From: a virus
Taxonomy: Duplodnaviria > Caudoviricetes
Length of the DNA stretch: 44,299 bases
Strand: one strand, 5' to 3'
Virus record (IMG/VR): IMGVR_UViG_3300044759_000025
Span: 1-44,299 of that record
The notes beneath the pieces are model-generated. The model saw only the letters and a list, made by a program, of their open reading frames with translations. It ran no database searches and was not told the origin of the DNA. Position 1 is the stretch's first letter. The number at the start of each line of letters is the position of its first letter. A program made the position numbers and the translations under genes. Positions 25,984 to 35,815 of this stretch are shown here, in pieces.

Positions 25984-26976
25984 ATGGCTGAGTATCCTCC
26001 CCGCGGCCCATTCGACAACCTCCGCGCGGGCGCACAAGGCATGTTCAGCGGCCTCTCGCGCGGCTTCCAGGGCGGCGCGACTGCCCTCAACCCCTACAGC
26101 AACCGGCTGTTGGGCTTCAGCGCGGGAATGCTCGGCGGCGGTCCGAGCGATGCCATGAAGGGGATGATTGCAGGCTCTGCACTGGACCGGGAGAGCGCCG
26201 ATCGCAGGAAGCTCAATGAAGCTATTGCGGGACTGAAGGGCCAGTCGGGGGTGCTCTCGGGACTGAACGAGGCGGACTGGAGTTATCTGTCGGCGGCTGG
26301 TCCCGAGGCAATCGGTGATGCTTTTGCAGCGCGGCTGAAGGGGCCTGATCCAACGAAGTATGGTTTTCAGTCGATGGGCGGCAAGATGTTCCGCACCAAC
26401 CCGGATACGGGTCAGTTGGAGGAGGTCTATAGCGACGAGAGCTACAACCAGCCGAAGCCTATGGATATCTTCCAGGCAGAGCAGGGAATGCGCAAGGAAG
26501 TCCACGCCGATGCAGATTTCCAGCGGTTCCAGAAGGCGGCTCCGGTCTATCAGAGCATGGTCGCAAGCGGATCGCAGAACGACCAGTTTGGCGATATCAA
26601 CCTCGTCTATGGCCTGGCGACGATCATGGACCCCGGCAGCGTGGTGCGGGAGGGCGAGCAGCTCATCGTGCGGAGTGCCGCAGGCCTGACGCCAGAAGTG
26701 CTTGGCTACATCAACAGTCTGAACGGTGGCGCAAAGCTGATACCGGCAACCCGGCAGAAGCTTCTGCGGGAAGCCAAGGGCCGCATGGATGAATACAAAC
26801 GGGCGGCGGAACAGCAGCTAAAATTCTACGAGAACGCTGCGGCGGAAAGCGGACTCGATCCGGGGCGCATCGTTCCGGACCTGCAAGGGCTTGGGGAGTT
26901 TGTGGCTGCCGGCGGTACGGTAAACCCGGACGGCTCCTACACCGATCCGGACGGCTTCACTGCCTCGCCTGAATAA
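25984..26976 (+). CDS. Putative DNA ejection protein
   Basis: GDINLVYGLATIMDPGSVVREGE motif typical of podophage internal proteins. Confidence 0.7.
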   Translation: MAEYPPRGPFDNLRAGAQGMFSGLSRGFQGGATALNPYSNRLLGFSAGMLGGGPSDAMKGMIAGSALDRESADRRKLNEAIAGLKGQSGVLSGLNEADWSYLSAAGPEAIGDAFAARLKGPDPTKYGFQSMGGKMFRTNPDTGQLEEVYSDESYNQPKPMDIFQAEQGMRKEVHADADFQRFQKAAPVYQSMVASGSQNDQFGDINLVYGLATIMDPGSVVREGEQLIVRSAAGLTPEVLGYINSLNGGAKLIPATRQKLLREAKGRMDEYKRAAEQQLKFYENAAAESGLDPGRIVPDLQGLGEFVAAGGTVNPDGSYTDPDGFTASPE

Positions 26977-26988
26977 GGAGCGCCTCGC

Positions 26989-28581
26989 ATGCCCACGTGG
27001 ACGATCACCGCGCCAGATGGCACGAAGATGTCTATCGAAGCCCATAGTCAATTGGAGGCGCTTCAAAAGGGCAAAGAGCAATTGGCCAATCCGCAGAATT
27101 CAGCAGCGGGTATGGGCAAAACGGCAGCATCAAGCCTTGTGCGCGGTCTAGGTTACGTTGCCGGAATGCCGGGCGATCTGATGGGACTGGTCGATGCCGG
27201 AGTGCGAAAGGCTCCGAAGCTGCTCGGCTATCCCGAGGCCCAGCTTCCTCAAGAGCGCACGGCGATAGGAAGGGCGACGGAAAGGTTTGCGCCGGTTCCG
27301 CCGACCAGTCAGGACGTTATATCGAGCGTCGAGAAGAACGTCACCGGACCGCTCTATCAGCCTAGGACGAAGGCCGAGAAATACTTGGGGACGGCTATGG
27401 AATTCCTGCCAGCGGCAGCGGCTGGGCCAGGGCGTCTTGCTGCGATGCCATTTCGGCAGTCCGTGAAGCAGACTACGCGCCGTGTAGTCCCGACCGCTGT
27501 CGCTCCTGCCATCGCTTCTGAGACGGCAGGGCAGTTGACGGAAGGCACGCCTTACGAGGGAGTGGCGCGCTTTGCCGGCGCGCTGGGGCCGTCAGCGCTG
27601 ACTGCAACGCGGCGGCGGCCGGCCATGCCGAGCGTCAGCGATATGGAGATGGGAAAGCAGCAAGCTTACAAGGTGGTCGACAATCTCGGCACTCGCTATA
27701 CGCCGGGCGCATATGGTCTTCTCGTATCGTCTATTCGCAACAAGGCAAAGCAACAGGGCATCAGCCCGATACGCCATGCGAATGCCCTGTCCATGATTGA
27801 TGACATGGAGAAGACCTATCCGGGGATGTTCGCCGTTCCGGGCTCGCCAACATTGACTGAATTGGACATGCTTCGACAGAATGTCCGTGACGATCTGATG
27901 GGCAACAAGGTAGACGCTCGGTTCGGCGAAATGATCATTGATCGGATCGATGCTTTCGTTGATATAGCCGGCCCGATGCACACGACAAGTATGCAGGGAT
28001 CACGTATTGCCGCTGATGCGATGCGCAAAGCGCGGGCCGCCAATACTCAATGGCGCAAGGCGGAATTGCTCGAGTATGAACTGGACAAGGCCCGGCGTCA
28101 GGCGGCGGTCACCGGCTCGGGCGGCAATGTCGAGAATACGGTGCGGCAGGCGGTCAACCGCATTTTGAACAAGCCGGCTCAATTGCGATCCTTCACTGCG
28201 CAAGAGCGTGAGATCATGCGTCAGATCGCTGACCCAGCCAGCACAAAGCAGGACATGCTGCGACTGGCTGGAAAGTTCTCTCCGGCCGGGAATGGGCTGA
28301 TAGCGTGGCTCACTGTTGCTGCTTCAGTAGGCGTTGATCCGCTGATGGCTGTTCCGGCTGCAGCGGGCGCAGCAGCCAAAAGGGCATCAGAAGCCGCGAC
28401 GCAGGGGCGGGTGAATAATCTGGAGCAACTGGTGCGGACGGGCGGTATCACTCCCTCTCCACAGTCGGAGGCTGCGCGGCAGATGGCCGTCACGACGATG
28501 CTTCAGGGGCCACGATCAGCTGGCCAGCAACCGCAACAGTCGCCGTTCCCCTATCTACGGCCACCGCAGACGGTACCGTAG
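26989..28581 (+). CDS. Putative DNA ejection protein
   Basis: TITAPDGTK N-terminus and YQPRT motif; Ala-rich helical; synteny. Confidence 0.65.
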   Translation: MPTWTITAPDGTKMSIEAHSQLEALQKGKEQLANPQNSAAGMGKTAASSLVRGLGYVAGMPGDLMGLVDAGVRKAPKLLGYPEAQLPQERTAIGRATERFAPVPPTSQDVISSVEKNVTGPLYQPRTKAEKYLGTAMEFLPAAAAGPGRLAAMPFRQSVKQTTRRVVPTAVAPAIASETAGQLTEGTPYEGVARFAGALGPSALTATRRRPAMPSVSDMEMGKQQAYKVVDNLGTRYTPGAYGLLVSSIRNKAKQQGISPIRHANALSMIDDMEKTYPGMFAVPGSPTLTELDMLRQNVRDDLMGNKVDARFGEMIIDRIDAFVDIAGPMHTTSMQGSRIAADAMRKARAANTQWRKAELLEYELDKARRQAAVTGSGGNVENTVRQAVNRILNKPAQLRSFTAQEREIMRQIADPASTKQDMLRLAGKFSPAGNGLIAWLTVAASVGVDPLMAVPAAAGAAAKRASEAATQGRVNNLEQLVRTGGITPSPQSEAARQMAVTTMLQGPRSAGQQPQQSPFPYLRPPQTVP

Positions 28582-28740
28582 GTATACAGCCTGCCAGATC
28601 CTCTGGCCGATGCCGAATGCAATTGCTGTGATGACGAAGGATAGAACGCCTGCGGCCATCATGGAGGTCGTTGTATCCAGCTGGTGAACGGCTTGGGTAA
28701 GGCTGAGCCAAACGACGCAAAACGCTACTCGAACCATCAA
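28555..28740 (-). CDS. Small membrane protein antisense within the ejection module
   Basis: Two hydrophobic segments and a basic C-terminus; AAGGGAG SD. Confidence 0.55.
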   Translation of the reverse strand: MMVRVAFCVVWLSLTQAVHQLDTTTSMMAAGVLSFVITAIAFGIGQRIWQAVYLRYRLRWP

Positions 28741-28818
28741 CGTCTCCCTTAAAGCCCGTCTGTAGCAAGCGCTGGCGTTCTCCTCAACTCATTCCCAAGC
28801 ATTAGGAAAGGCACTTCG

Positions 28819-31452
28819 ATGGACCCGAGGCTATGGGCTGGGAAGCGCCAGAGCACCAACATCAGGGACTGGCGCAATTACCCGCCTGCCTCTCCAAATC
28901 CGGGTTCTCCCCCAGCGTTTGACCCGGGCATCGACTACGGCCCTATGGGTCCGCGCTACAACGCCCAGCGCGGCAAGTATGGAGAGGACATCTACGATCA
29001 GCTCGTGATGGGAGAATTGCCGCCTGTCAATAATGGAATAACCCAAACAGTGGTGCGGGAGGGGGATGATCGGGGTTATTATATCCCTTCCAATTTCTCT
29101 TCGACCCTGCCGCCTGAGCCTACGTATTTCGAGGGCAACATGCCGCGCCCGCGCCCGCTCAATGCTCTGGAGCAACTGCAGGAGCAGCAGGAGCGCGACA
29201 GCAAGTTCCGTGTGCGCTCCGTGCCGATGAAGGATGTAGGCTTTACGCCGGAAGGCCATGTGTTGCCGCCAGGGCCGCAAAGCTGGACTGAGACGCCGCA
29301 AGAGACGATCGGCACGCATGGCGGTCCCGGCGATCTGATAGCCCCGCCATCCCCACCGCAGCAGGACACACAGAGCGTGGCCGCCGTATTCGGCAGCCCA
29401 CAGTCAGGAGCCACAGCAATGGCCGAAGATCCGCGGCAGAAGGCTGCCCGCATTGCGCGTGAGGCTTTCGGGCGTGATCCAAGCCTGATCAAGGAGTTCA
29501 TGCCGAAACTGCAGGCGGTCGGCGTGGACCCTGCCCTGGGCGCGCCTGAGGGCTGGTCTCTGCCCGATACAGGCACGCTTACGGCAGACGACATGGCGGC
29601 TCCGTGGAATGGACCGGCCCCGCCACCGGCCGCACCTCTTCCTCCCGAGCTAATCGATCCCGGCGCGGGCGGGCGTCCGTTCTCGCAGAGTGGTTTTTCG
29701 CCCACGTCTCCCTTTGCCGATCCGGCAATGAATGCGCGTATCGACCAAACGCGCAGCATGGAGCGGGTCGCTCCCCCTCCCGACTTCCCGCGCTATGATC
29801 CGCTGATCTCCCCGAGCGCTCCTTCCATGCAAATGCCATCGGTGACGGCGACGGCCAATCAAGGTCCGCCATCTCCAGCAGTCGGCTCCTATGCCGGCGG
29901 GGCCTTTCGGGCACCAAGGCCACCGCAGGCGCGGCCCCCGATCGAGAATCTGCCTGTCGCCGACATATTCAGCGGCGGTGGGGCTGGACCTTTCGCGGGG
30001 AATATGCCCCGCCCGCGTCCGGAAATGGGGCCGCAATTTGCCGGGAACATGCCGCAGCCTCGTCCGGCTGGCGGGATGGCATTCGCCGGTAACATGCCGC
30101 AGCCTCGTCCGGACATGCCTCAGGATGTGGCGGCGCGTTCGCCTCTCATTGATCCGGGGCGCTTGGACGCTGGCCTGCCCAGCCCGGCTGCGGCCCCCCT
30201 CTCCGTCAGGACTGGCCTGCGCATCCCTGACGACGCCAGCATGCCGCCCGGACTGGCCCCACCCATCAGGACGGGCTTCGGCAATGAAGCTCTCAGTATC
30301 GATCCGGCGACAGGAATGCCCCGGCAGCCGGACATGGCGCAGCAGATGCCGGTACCAGCACCCATCGATCCGGCAGCAATAGCGGAGGCGCGGCAGACGC
30401 TGCAGAGGCATCCTGACACGGGAAGGATACGCACTGCACCGGGCTTTCAGCAGTTCAACGAGCCGGCAAGAGTGCCCCCAGTGCCGGGGCAGGCTGAGCG
30501 CCCGCTCATCCGTCCGGATCTCACGCAGGCAGCCGCAAATTTCACGCCGCCAGCTCGTTTGCCGAGGGCACGCCCGCCGGATGAGGCAATGGCAGCGCTT
30601 GTGCCGCAGAATGGCCTCCCGACATCAGTCATGGAGAGCATTCGCGCAGGCTACGATCCAAGAGCAAGCGGAGGGCCGGTAACACCGGAAACACCGGAGG
30701 AAGCGGCGGCACGGCGCGCTCTGATCGCCAAGGGTGGCAGGCCCGATGTCGTGCCGGGATATGCAGATCCTGATGAGGGACTGATCGCCGGCCCGGAAGT
30801 CGGAGCGATCAACGCGGGTCAGCGGCTACCGCCACCGCCAGACGCGACTGTGCAGCAGACCATAGATGCGCCGACCAGCTCTCTCGCCGCGGCAGGGCTC
30901 GAATACGCCGGCCCCACCGCGAAATCCCGCCAGACTGGCTTCCTCGGCAATCTCTTCGACCGCGAGCACTTCGTCGGCGGTCCCGGCTTGACCGCATCGC
31001 CCAGCACTGTCGGCACGGACTACACCAAGAGCGCCAAGCCGGGGCGCGGCAAATACAAGCCCGCCGAGAACGAAAGACTGGCACGGAATATCGGCAAGAC
31101 GGCCGGTTTATTGACCTCGGTGGTCGGCGTGCCGTCGGCAGTTGGCGTGCCGCTCTTTGGCGCGGCAGGTGCCATGGTCAATCGCGCCCTCGACCCCAAC
31201 CGCCAGATCATCGAGCGTGGCCCCTTTCGCTTCTTCGGCGGCATCTTCGGCGGCGGCACGAAAAAGAAGAGCGAGCGCGACAAGCTCGGCACGCCGCCGT
31301 CGTCCGAGCCTGCCGGCGTCAGGGAAGCCGCTGCTGCTGCTAGTCGCAGCGGCCTCGGCAGCGATCGCTACTCGGGCGGAACGTATAACGACTACTCGAC
31401 GGGCGGCCGCTACATCAACGAGGGAATTGGTGGGAGGTTTGGGAATAGGTAG
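28819..31452 (+). CDS. Large Pro-rich, probably disordered protein (877 aa), putative virion/ejection protein
   Basis: Long ORF with AGGAAAGG SD; F(A/E)GNMPxPRP repeats; late hydrophobic segment. Confidence 0.65.
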   Translation: MDPRLWAGKRQSTNIRDWRNYPPASPNPGSPPAFDPGIDYGPMGPRYNAQRGKYGEDIYDQLVMGELPPVNNGITQTVVREGDDRGYYIPSNFSSTLPPEPTYFEGNMPRPRPLNALEQLQEQQERDSKFRVRSVPMKDVGFTPEGHVLPPGPQSWTETPQETIGTHGGPGDLIAPPSPPQQDTQSVAAVFGSPQSGATAMAEDPRQKAARIAREAFGRDPSLIKEFMPKLQAVGVDPALGAPEGWSLPDTGTLTADDMAAPWNGPAPPPAAPLPPELIDPGAGGRPFSQSGFSPTSPFADPAMNARIDQTRSMERVAPPPDFPRYDPLISPSAPSMQMPSVTATANQGPPSPAVGSYAGGAFRAPRPPQARPPIENLPVADIFSGGGAGPFAGNMPRPRPEMGPQFAGNMPQPRPAGGMAFAGNMPQPRPDMPQDVAARSPLIDPGRLDAGLPSPAAAPLSVRTGLRIPDDASMPPGLAPPIRTGFGNEALSIDPATGMPRQPDMAQQMPVPAPIDPAAIAEARQTLQRHPDTGRIRTAPGFQQFNEPARVPPVPGQAERPLIRPDLTQAAANFTPPARLPRARPPDEAMAALVPQNGLPTSVMESIRAGYDPRASGGPVTPETPEEAAARRALIAKGGRPDVVPGYADPDEGLIAGPEVGAINAGQRLPPPPDATVQQTIDAPTSSLAAAGLEYAGPTAKSRQTGFLGNLFDREHFVGGPGLTASPSTVGTDYTKSAKPGRGKYKPAENERLARNIGKTAGLLTSVVGVPSAVGVPLFGAAGAMVNRALDPNRQIIERGPFRFFGGIFGGGTKKKSERDKLGTPPSSEPAGVREAAAAASRSGLGSDRYSGGTYNDYSTGGRYINEGIGGRFGNR

Positions 31453-31455
31453 CAG

Positions 31456-31893
31456 CTAGAGATGCGGCCAGCGAAGTCGGGTCTTTATTTTATTTATAGT
31501 CCGCGTGGTAATCCCATAGTCAGCAGCTATTAGTCTATGAATGCGAGTATCGGCACGAATTGCCAGCACGTCTCCTTTAGTTAATTTGGAGTGGTTATTC
31601 CACTCTCCAGCCTGAAGATATCGTCCCTTACGCGCTCTATCGCCGTTATTGTCTTTGACGGTGCCTAGAAACAGGTGGCCTGGGTTTACGCAGCTGGGCG
31701 TATCACAGTGGTGAAGAACCCATGTGTTGGGCGGTATATCACCACGATACGTGAGCCACGAGAAGCGGTGTGCTCTGTAACTTTTGTGCTTCCCATAGCC
31801 ATCCCTGTCAACGCTGTCTTCCCACAGCCAGCAGCCTGAATTCGGCTCGGGAATATACCGCTCATCAAAGGGCGGGGCCTTCACACCTCTCAT
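31456..31893 (-). CDS. HNH homing endonuclease with C-terminal HTH
   Basis: PEPNSGCWLW, AHRFSW, VLHHCDTPSCVNPGHLFLGTVKDN, SKLT...IAADYGIT. Confidence 0.92.
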   Translation of the reverse strand: MRGVKAPPFDERYIPEPNSGCWLWEDSVDRDGYGKHKSYRAHRFSWLTYRGDIPPNTWVLHHCDTPSCVNPGHLFLGTVKDNNGDRARKGRYLQAGEWNNHSKLTKGDVLAIRADTRIHRLIAADYGITTRTINKIKTRLRWPHL

Positions 31894-31920
31894 AACATCA
31901 TTCTATCATGGAGACCTATC

Positions 31921-33786
31921 GTGGGTCCAAGAGACTATTCGACCACGGCCGCCAGCAACCTCTCTGTGGGCGACCCAAGCGTCTCGATCGCGGAAGGCTG
32001 GTTGCCGGCATCGGTTAACGACGCGATGAGAGCGCAGCTCGCCGACGTGGCCAAGCTGCTGCTCGATCAGGGCGGCGAGATCGTGACGACCGGCTCCGCC
32101 GGAGCCTATGCCGTCGCCCTGAGCACAGCCCCGAGCAGCTATGCAAACAACCTCCTCTTCGTCTGCAAGCTCAATCATGACGCTCCCGGTCCCTCGACCA
32201 TGAACATCAACGGCTTGGGCGCGAAGGACTTCAAGCAGCTCGTCGAGGGCGTGGCGAGCCCGCTGACGGTGGGCGACGGCCCTGCCGGGCACCGGGCAAT
32301 GTGCGTCTACAGCACTGCCGACAATGCGGTGCTGATGCTCAATCCCGCCGGTGTCGGCGTGCTCTACGAGGAAAACGGCGAGGATCTCAGCGCGAACGTC
32401 TACAATGCAAGCATCATGTATCCGGCCCCGCCGGGTACCTACGAATGGTACCAGAACGAGAATTTCGGAATAGTGCGCGGCAGTTTCGCCGTCCTCGACG
32501 AGGCCACGGGATCGGCCCCTCCCTACAAGGGCGACTATGGCGGCTGGATGCCGCTGTTCTTCGCACGCAATTACGGCACTACCAGTGCGCCTAGCGGCTC
32601 AGCCTACCAGCACCCGCAGGAGTCCGAAGGGACGCCAAAGGTCTATCTCCGCGGCGGCTTGGTAATGCGGGAGGAGGACGATGCCATCGATCTCGTGGGC
32701 GATCGGCTGAACTTCGATGGCAGCGGACAGATCACGTCACCGCCGAACCCCACCGACGCGGCTCCGGTCATTCGCATGTATTCGCGCATCGCCGGCGTCG
32801 ACCACTTCAACGTCAATGCCGGCGGCGGATCTCCGAAGGCAATTGCCGCCATCAATATCGCGACCAGCACCATCACCACGTCGACTCTGCACGGGCTCGC
32901 CGTCAATGACCGAGTTGTCATTGCCGGCGTCGGCGGCACCACGCAGCTCAACACTTCCGGCCAAGGCTATAGCAACAACGGCTATGTGGTCAGGACCGTC
33001 CCCAGCACGAGCACGCTGACGCTGCAGAACCTCGCCAGCGCGGCGATCAGCTTCTCCGGCTGGGGTGCATGGACGAGCGGCGGCACCGTCACCAAGGCCG
33101 CAGCCCATTACGGGATCTCGCATCCGGGAACGGGCACCACCGGGCGCTTTGCGCTCTACCAGCAGCGATACATTCCGGCTGCCGACTATTCGACCACGGG
33201 CCGCTATTCCGGCTACCACGAGTTCCAGGCCACACGCCCGGCAAGCCTTACACCGAGCGCGCTGGAGACGGCGGCACGCATTTACGCTCCCACTCTCGCC
33301 AGCGGCAGCACCGGGCTGCGACTGTTCGTCTATGACGGCAGCAGCACCGTGGAGCGGGAGGTCAAGACCAAGGCGCTTGGAGACCTCGATCCGTCCGATC
33401 GCGTGCTCTACGTCGACCAGGCCGAAGCCGGCGTCGGCCGTATCCTGCCCTATAACCAGCAGCTCTCGAGCAATGGCGGGGTGACTCTCACGGTCGAGCA
33501 AAACGGCTATACGATCTATTCCGGCTCCCCGCCCAGCCGCGCTGTCTTCACCGGACCCGCGGTCTTCCCGGCGGGACTGCGCTATCGGTTTGTCTCTGGC
33601 GGCGTTAATGGACAGCGGTTCGTGGTGGGAGCCGGGACTATCCGGGGGCGGCCATTAACAGGCCCTATAATCGGCACGTCAATCCAAAACGACACTCCCC
33701 AGGACGGCGACGCAATCGTCGTCGAGACCGTTTCCGAGCTGGTGACGTACGTGGTCTCGATGGTGGGGGACTGGAGGATCTCGTGA
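31921..33786 (+). CDS. Tail fibre protein
   Basis: DYSTTAASN...AEGWLPASVNDAMRAQLA N-terminal tail-attachment motif, TMNINGLGAK, and an FCCH-like TTSTLHGLAVNDRVVIAGVGGTTQLN domain. Confidence 0.8.
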   Translation: MGPRDYSTTAASNLSVGDPSVSIAEGWLPASVNDAMRAQLADVAKLLLDQGGEIVTTGSAGAYAVALSTAPSSYANNLLFVCKLNHDAPGPSTMNINGLGAKDFKQLVEGVASPLTVGDGPAGHRAMCVYSTADNAVLMLNPAGVGVLYEENGEDLSANVYNASIMYPAPPGTYEWYQNENFGIVRGSFAVLDEATGSAPPYKGDYGGWMPLFFARNYGTTSAPSGSAYQHPQESEGTPKVYLRGGLVMREEDDAIDLVGDRLNFDGSGQITSPPNPTDAAPVIRMYSRIAGVDHFNVNAGGGSPKAIAAINIATSTITTSTLHGLAVNDRVVIAGVGGTTQLNTSGQGYSNNGYVVRTVPSTSTLTLQNLASAAISFSGWGAWTSGGTVTKAAAHYGISHPGTGTTGRFALYQQRYIPAADYSTTGRYSGYHEFQATRPASLTPSALETAARIYAPTLASGSTGLRLFVYDGSSTVEREVKTKALGDLDPSDRVLYVDQAEAGVGRILPYNQQLSSNGGVTLTVEQNGYTIYSGSPPSRAVFTGPAVFPAGLRYRFVSGGVNGQRFVVGAGTIRGRPLTGPIIGTSIQNDTPQDGDAIVVETVSELVTYVVSMVGDWRIS

Positions 33787-33858
33787 ATAGTCATTGGTTG
33801 CCGCTGCGCCGCTGCAAGCGCGATTGCTGGTGGATGCCGGACGAGGAGTGGGGATGCA

Positions 33859-34032
33859 ATGTCTGCCGCCCTCGCCTGGCTGCTCCTGTATCTGATGCTG
33901 CAGCCCGAGCATCATCACCCGCCGCCTGACGGGCATCCCAAGCACGATCAATGCTGCATGCATAAGGGCTGCAATCGCCACCAGCATTTCAGCGGTCGCG
34001 CCTGCGGATTGCCTTTCGATTGGGATCATTGA
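33859..34032 (+). CDS. His/Cys-rich small peptide (57 aa) with hydrophobic N-terminus
   Basis: Read by hand: MSAALAWLLLYLMLQPEHHHPPPDGHPKHDQCCMHKGCNRHQHFSGRACGLPFDWDH; GAGGAG SD. Confidence 0.5.
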   Translation: MSAALAWLLLYLMLQPEHHHPPPDGHPKHDQCCMHKGCNRHQHFSGRACGLPFDWDH

Positions 34033-34274
34033 TGGGTGCGCCCGGCGCTCCGCAAGCTGGGGGGCTTGAAGTTGCGAGGGATGGAGCGTCGGACGCGCGG
34101 CTTAGATGGTGGCTTGTTGTCACAGCCGCAAAGGCCGGCCGCAATGCACGCCCTGGCGGAATGGTCAGGGATGATCGGGTAGGGGCAGCAGATGCGATAG
34201 ATAAGAGCCGCCAGCCAGTCGACGCGGTACCAGCTAGCCCACAAGGCGAGGCGGCTGAGCGAGCGGTAGATCAC
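34026..34274 (-). CDS. Hypothetical Cys-containing protein next to attP
   Basis: AGGAG SD before the GTG at 34274. Confidence 0.45.
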   Translation of the reverse strand: MIYRSLSRLALWASWYRVDWLAALIYRICCPYPIIPDHSARACIAAGLCGCDNKPPSKPRVRRSIPRNFKPPSLRSAGRTHQ

Positions 34275-34402
34275 GATGGGCCACTCCTGTTTACATAGGG
34301 TGCGCAGGTTCGCCAAACCTCAAAACGTGAACGCAGAGCGAACCCAGTGCCGCAAACGCCGAACCTCGGGCACCAAAATCCGCAGAGTTCCGCCTGCTCC
34401 AC

Positions 34403-34460
34403 GGAGAGCCCTACGTTGACATCGTAGGGGTCCGGCGTTCGATCCGCCGCGCGCCCACCA
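34403..34460 (+). other. attP: 3' portion of tRNA-Val(GAC)
   Basis: Anticodon arm CTACG-TTGACAT-CGTAG, T-arm CGGCG-TTCGATC-CGCCG, acceptor strand CGCGCCC-A-CCA; 5' acceptor strand absent; near the integrase. Confidence 0.9.
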
Positions 34461-34518
34461 TATCTCTCAATGGGTTAAGGGTCATTTCAACGTAGCGCTC
34501 GGTGGAATTTCCATGACA

Positions 34519-34803
34519 CTAGGCGGGCTCGTAGGTGGCGGCAAAGATGTCGGGCTTGCATGGATAGAGTTCCCCTGCCACGCCCTTGATAATCCAGTCA
34601 CCCTCATCGGCTCGCATCGTTCCTTCCAGCGTTGGAATTTCGCAGAAGACTGGACCTTCCCCGAATTTGCCCATGCCGTGCGTGATGATAGCATTGCGCG
34701 AAACCGCGTCGTCGAACCAGTCGGGAAACGGCTGTGGTCCGTTATTGCGTCTCGTGAGCCGCATCGCCTCGATCACGACGGGCTTCTTACGATAGAGTGC
34801 CAT
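34519..34803 (-). CDS. Conserved phage hypothetical protein (PGDYG-like)
   Basis: YRKKPVVIEA...IPTLEGTMRADEGDWIIKGVAGELYPCKPDIFAATYE. Confidence 0.85.
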   Translation of the reverse strand: MALYRKKPVVIEAMRLTRRNNGPQPFPDWFDDAVSRNAIITHGMGKFGEGPVFCEIPTLEGTMRADEGDWIIKGVAGELYPCKPDIFAATYEPA

Positions 34804-35815
34804 TGCGTTTCCTCCTCATCGGCCCCAGGTCATCGAACTCCAGCGCGCTTGCAGCCCTGCCCAGATAGTCGGGACTAAAGCGGGCATACACGTTCCTCGT
34901 GACGTTGACGTTGGAGTGCCCTAGCATTTGCGCGATCTCCTCCATGCCCACTCCATCCTCTGCGAGATGGACAGCCGCCGAATGTCGGAGGAGGTGCGGG
35001 CTGACGTGGTCTAGCCCTGCCCGTGTAGCAGCAGCCTTCAGACCGCGCTTGACGCTCTTCACCGGCCGCCCTGCCCATTCTATCACCCACGGCGTCAGCG
35101 CGCCCTGGCGGGCCTCCAGAAGGGCAGCGCGAGTAGTGCGCAGCATGGGGACTATGGCGCGTCCTTTGTGGGGAGCGGTGAGTGCAGGGTCACGCAGATC
35201 AATCCGTCCATTCTCGAAATCACAGCGGTCCCACCGAAGCCCAAGTATTGCTGAGTTTCGGGCGGCAGTTGTGTAAGCCAGGATGGCATAGAGCCGTATG
35301 TGAGGGTGACTGGCGGCCTCCAGGAGTGCTCGGACTTGCTCGCGGGTGAGGTGTCGCTCTCGGGGCCTTGGCTTGGGCGGCCTTTCGATGTGCGGGGCAC
35401 GTGCGATCAGTCCTTGCTTTTCGGCCCATCGAAGAACCATCCGCAAGTGACCGAGTTCGGTGTGGATGGTCCCGTCTTTAATGGCGTCACGACGACGTGC
35501 GTCGATGTGGGCGCGGCAGTCGGCAACCGTAACAGCATGAGCCTCCATTGTCCCAAACCGATGGCGTAAAGCTTTCCACGTATGCCGCATCGTGCCAATG
35601 ACGGCACGGCCACTTTTGTCCAGACAGAAAGCACCCCAGAGTTCTTCAATGCTCGTTCCTTTCGGCCTTGTCAGCTCTGCGTAGAGCGACGGCGCAAGCC
35701 GCTCAGCCTCGCTCGGGCTAGTGGTTCCAAGCGAGTAACGGTGTCTCCGCCCATCTCGCCACCAGGTGAGGCAGAGGCGTCCGTTGAGCCGTCCGATGCG
35801 GTAGCCTGTAGGCAT
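34787..35815 (-). CDS. int: Tyrosine recombinase (integrase)
   Basis: TAARNSAILGLRW, SPHLLRHSAA, LGHSN and VYAR catalytic motifs (R-HxxR-H-Y). Confidence 0.96.
   Translation of the reverse strand: MPTGYRIGRLNGRLCLTWWRDGRRHRYSLGTTSPSEAERLAPSLYAELTRPKGTSIEELWGAFCLDKSGRAVIGTMRHTWKALRHRFGTMEAHAVTVADCRAHIDARRRDAIKDGTIHTELGHLRMVLRWAEKQGLIARAPHIERPPKPRPRERHLTREQVRALLEAASHPHIRLYAILAYTTAARNSAILGLRWDRCDFENGRIDLRDPALTAPHKGRAIVPMLRTTRAALLEARQGALTPWVIEWAGRPVKSVKRGLKAAATRAGLDHVSPHLLRHSAAVHLAEDGVGMEEIAQMLGHSNVNVTRNVYARFSPDYLGRAASALEFDDLGPMRRKRNGTLS

Noticed and set aside
29992-30111. CRISPR-like or DGR repeats
   Set aside because: The repeats are in-frame coding units with short spacers; no cas or reverse transcriptase gene is present in the genome.
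34396-34460. Functional phage tRNA-Val gene
   Set aside because: The 5' acceptor strand (expected GGGCGCG) is missing, so it is treated as attP.
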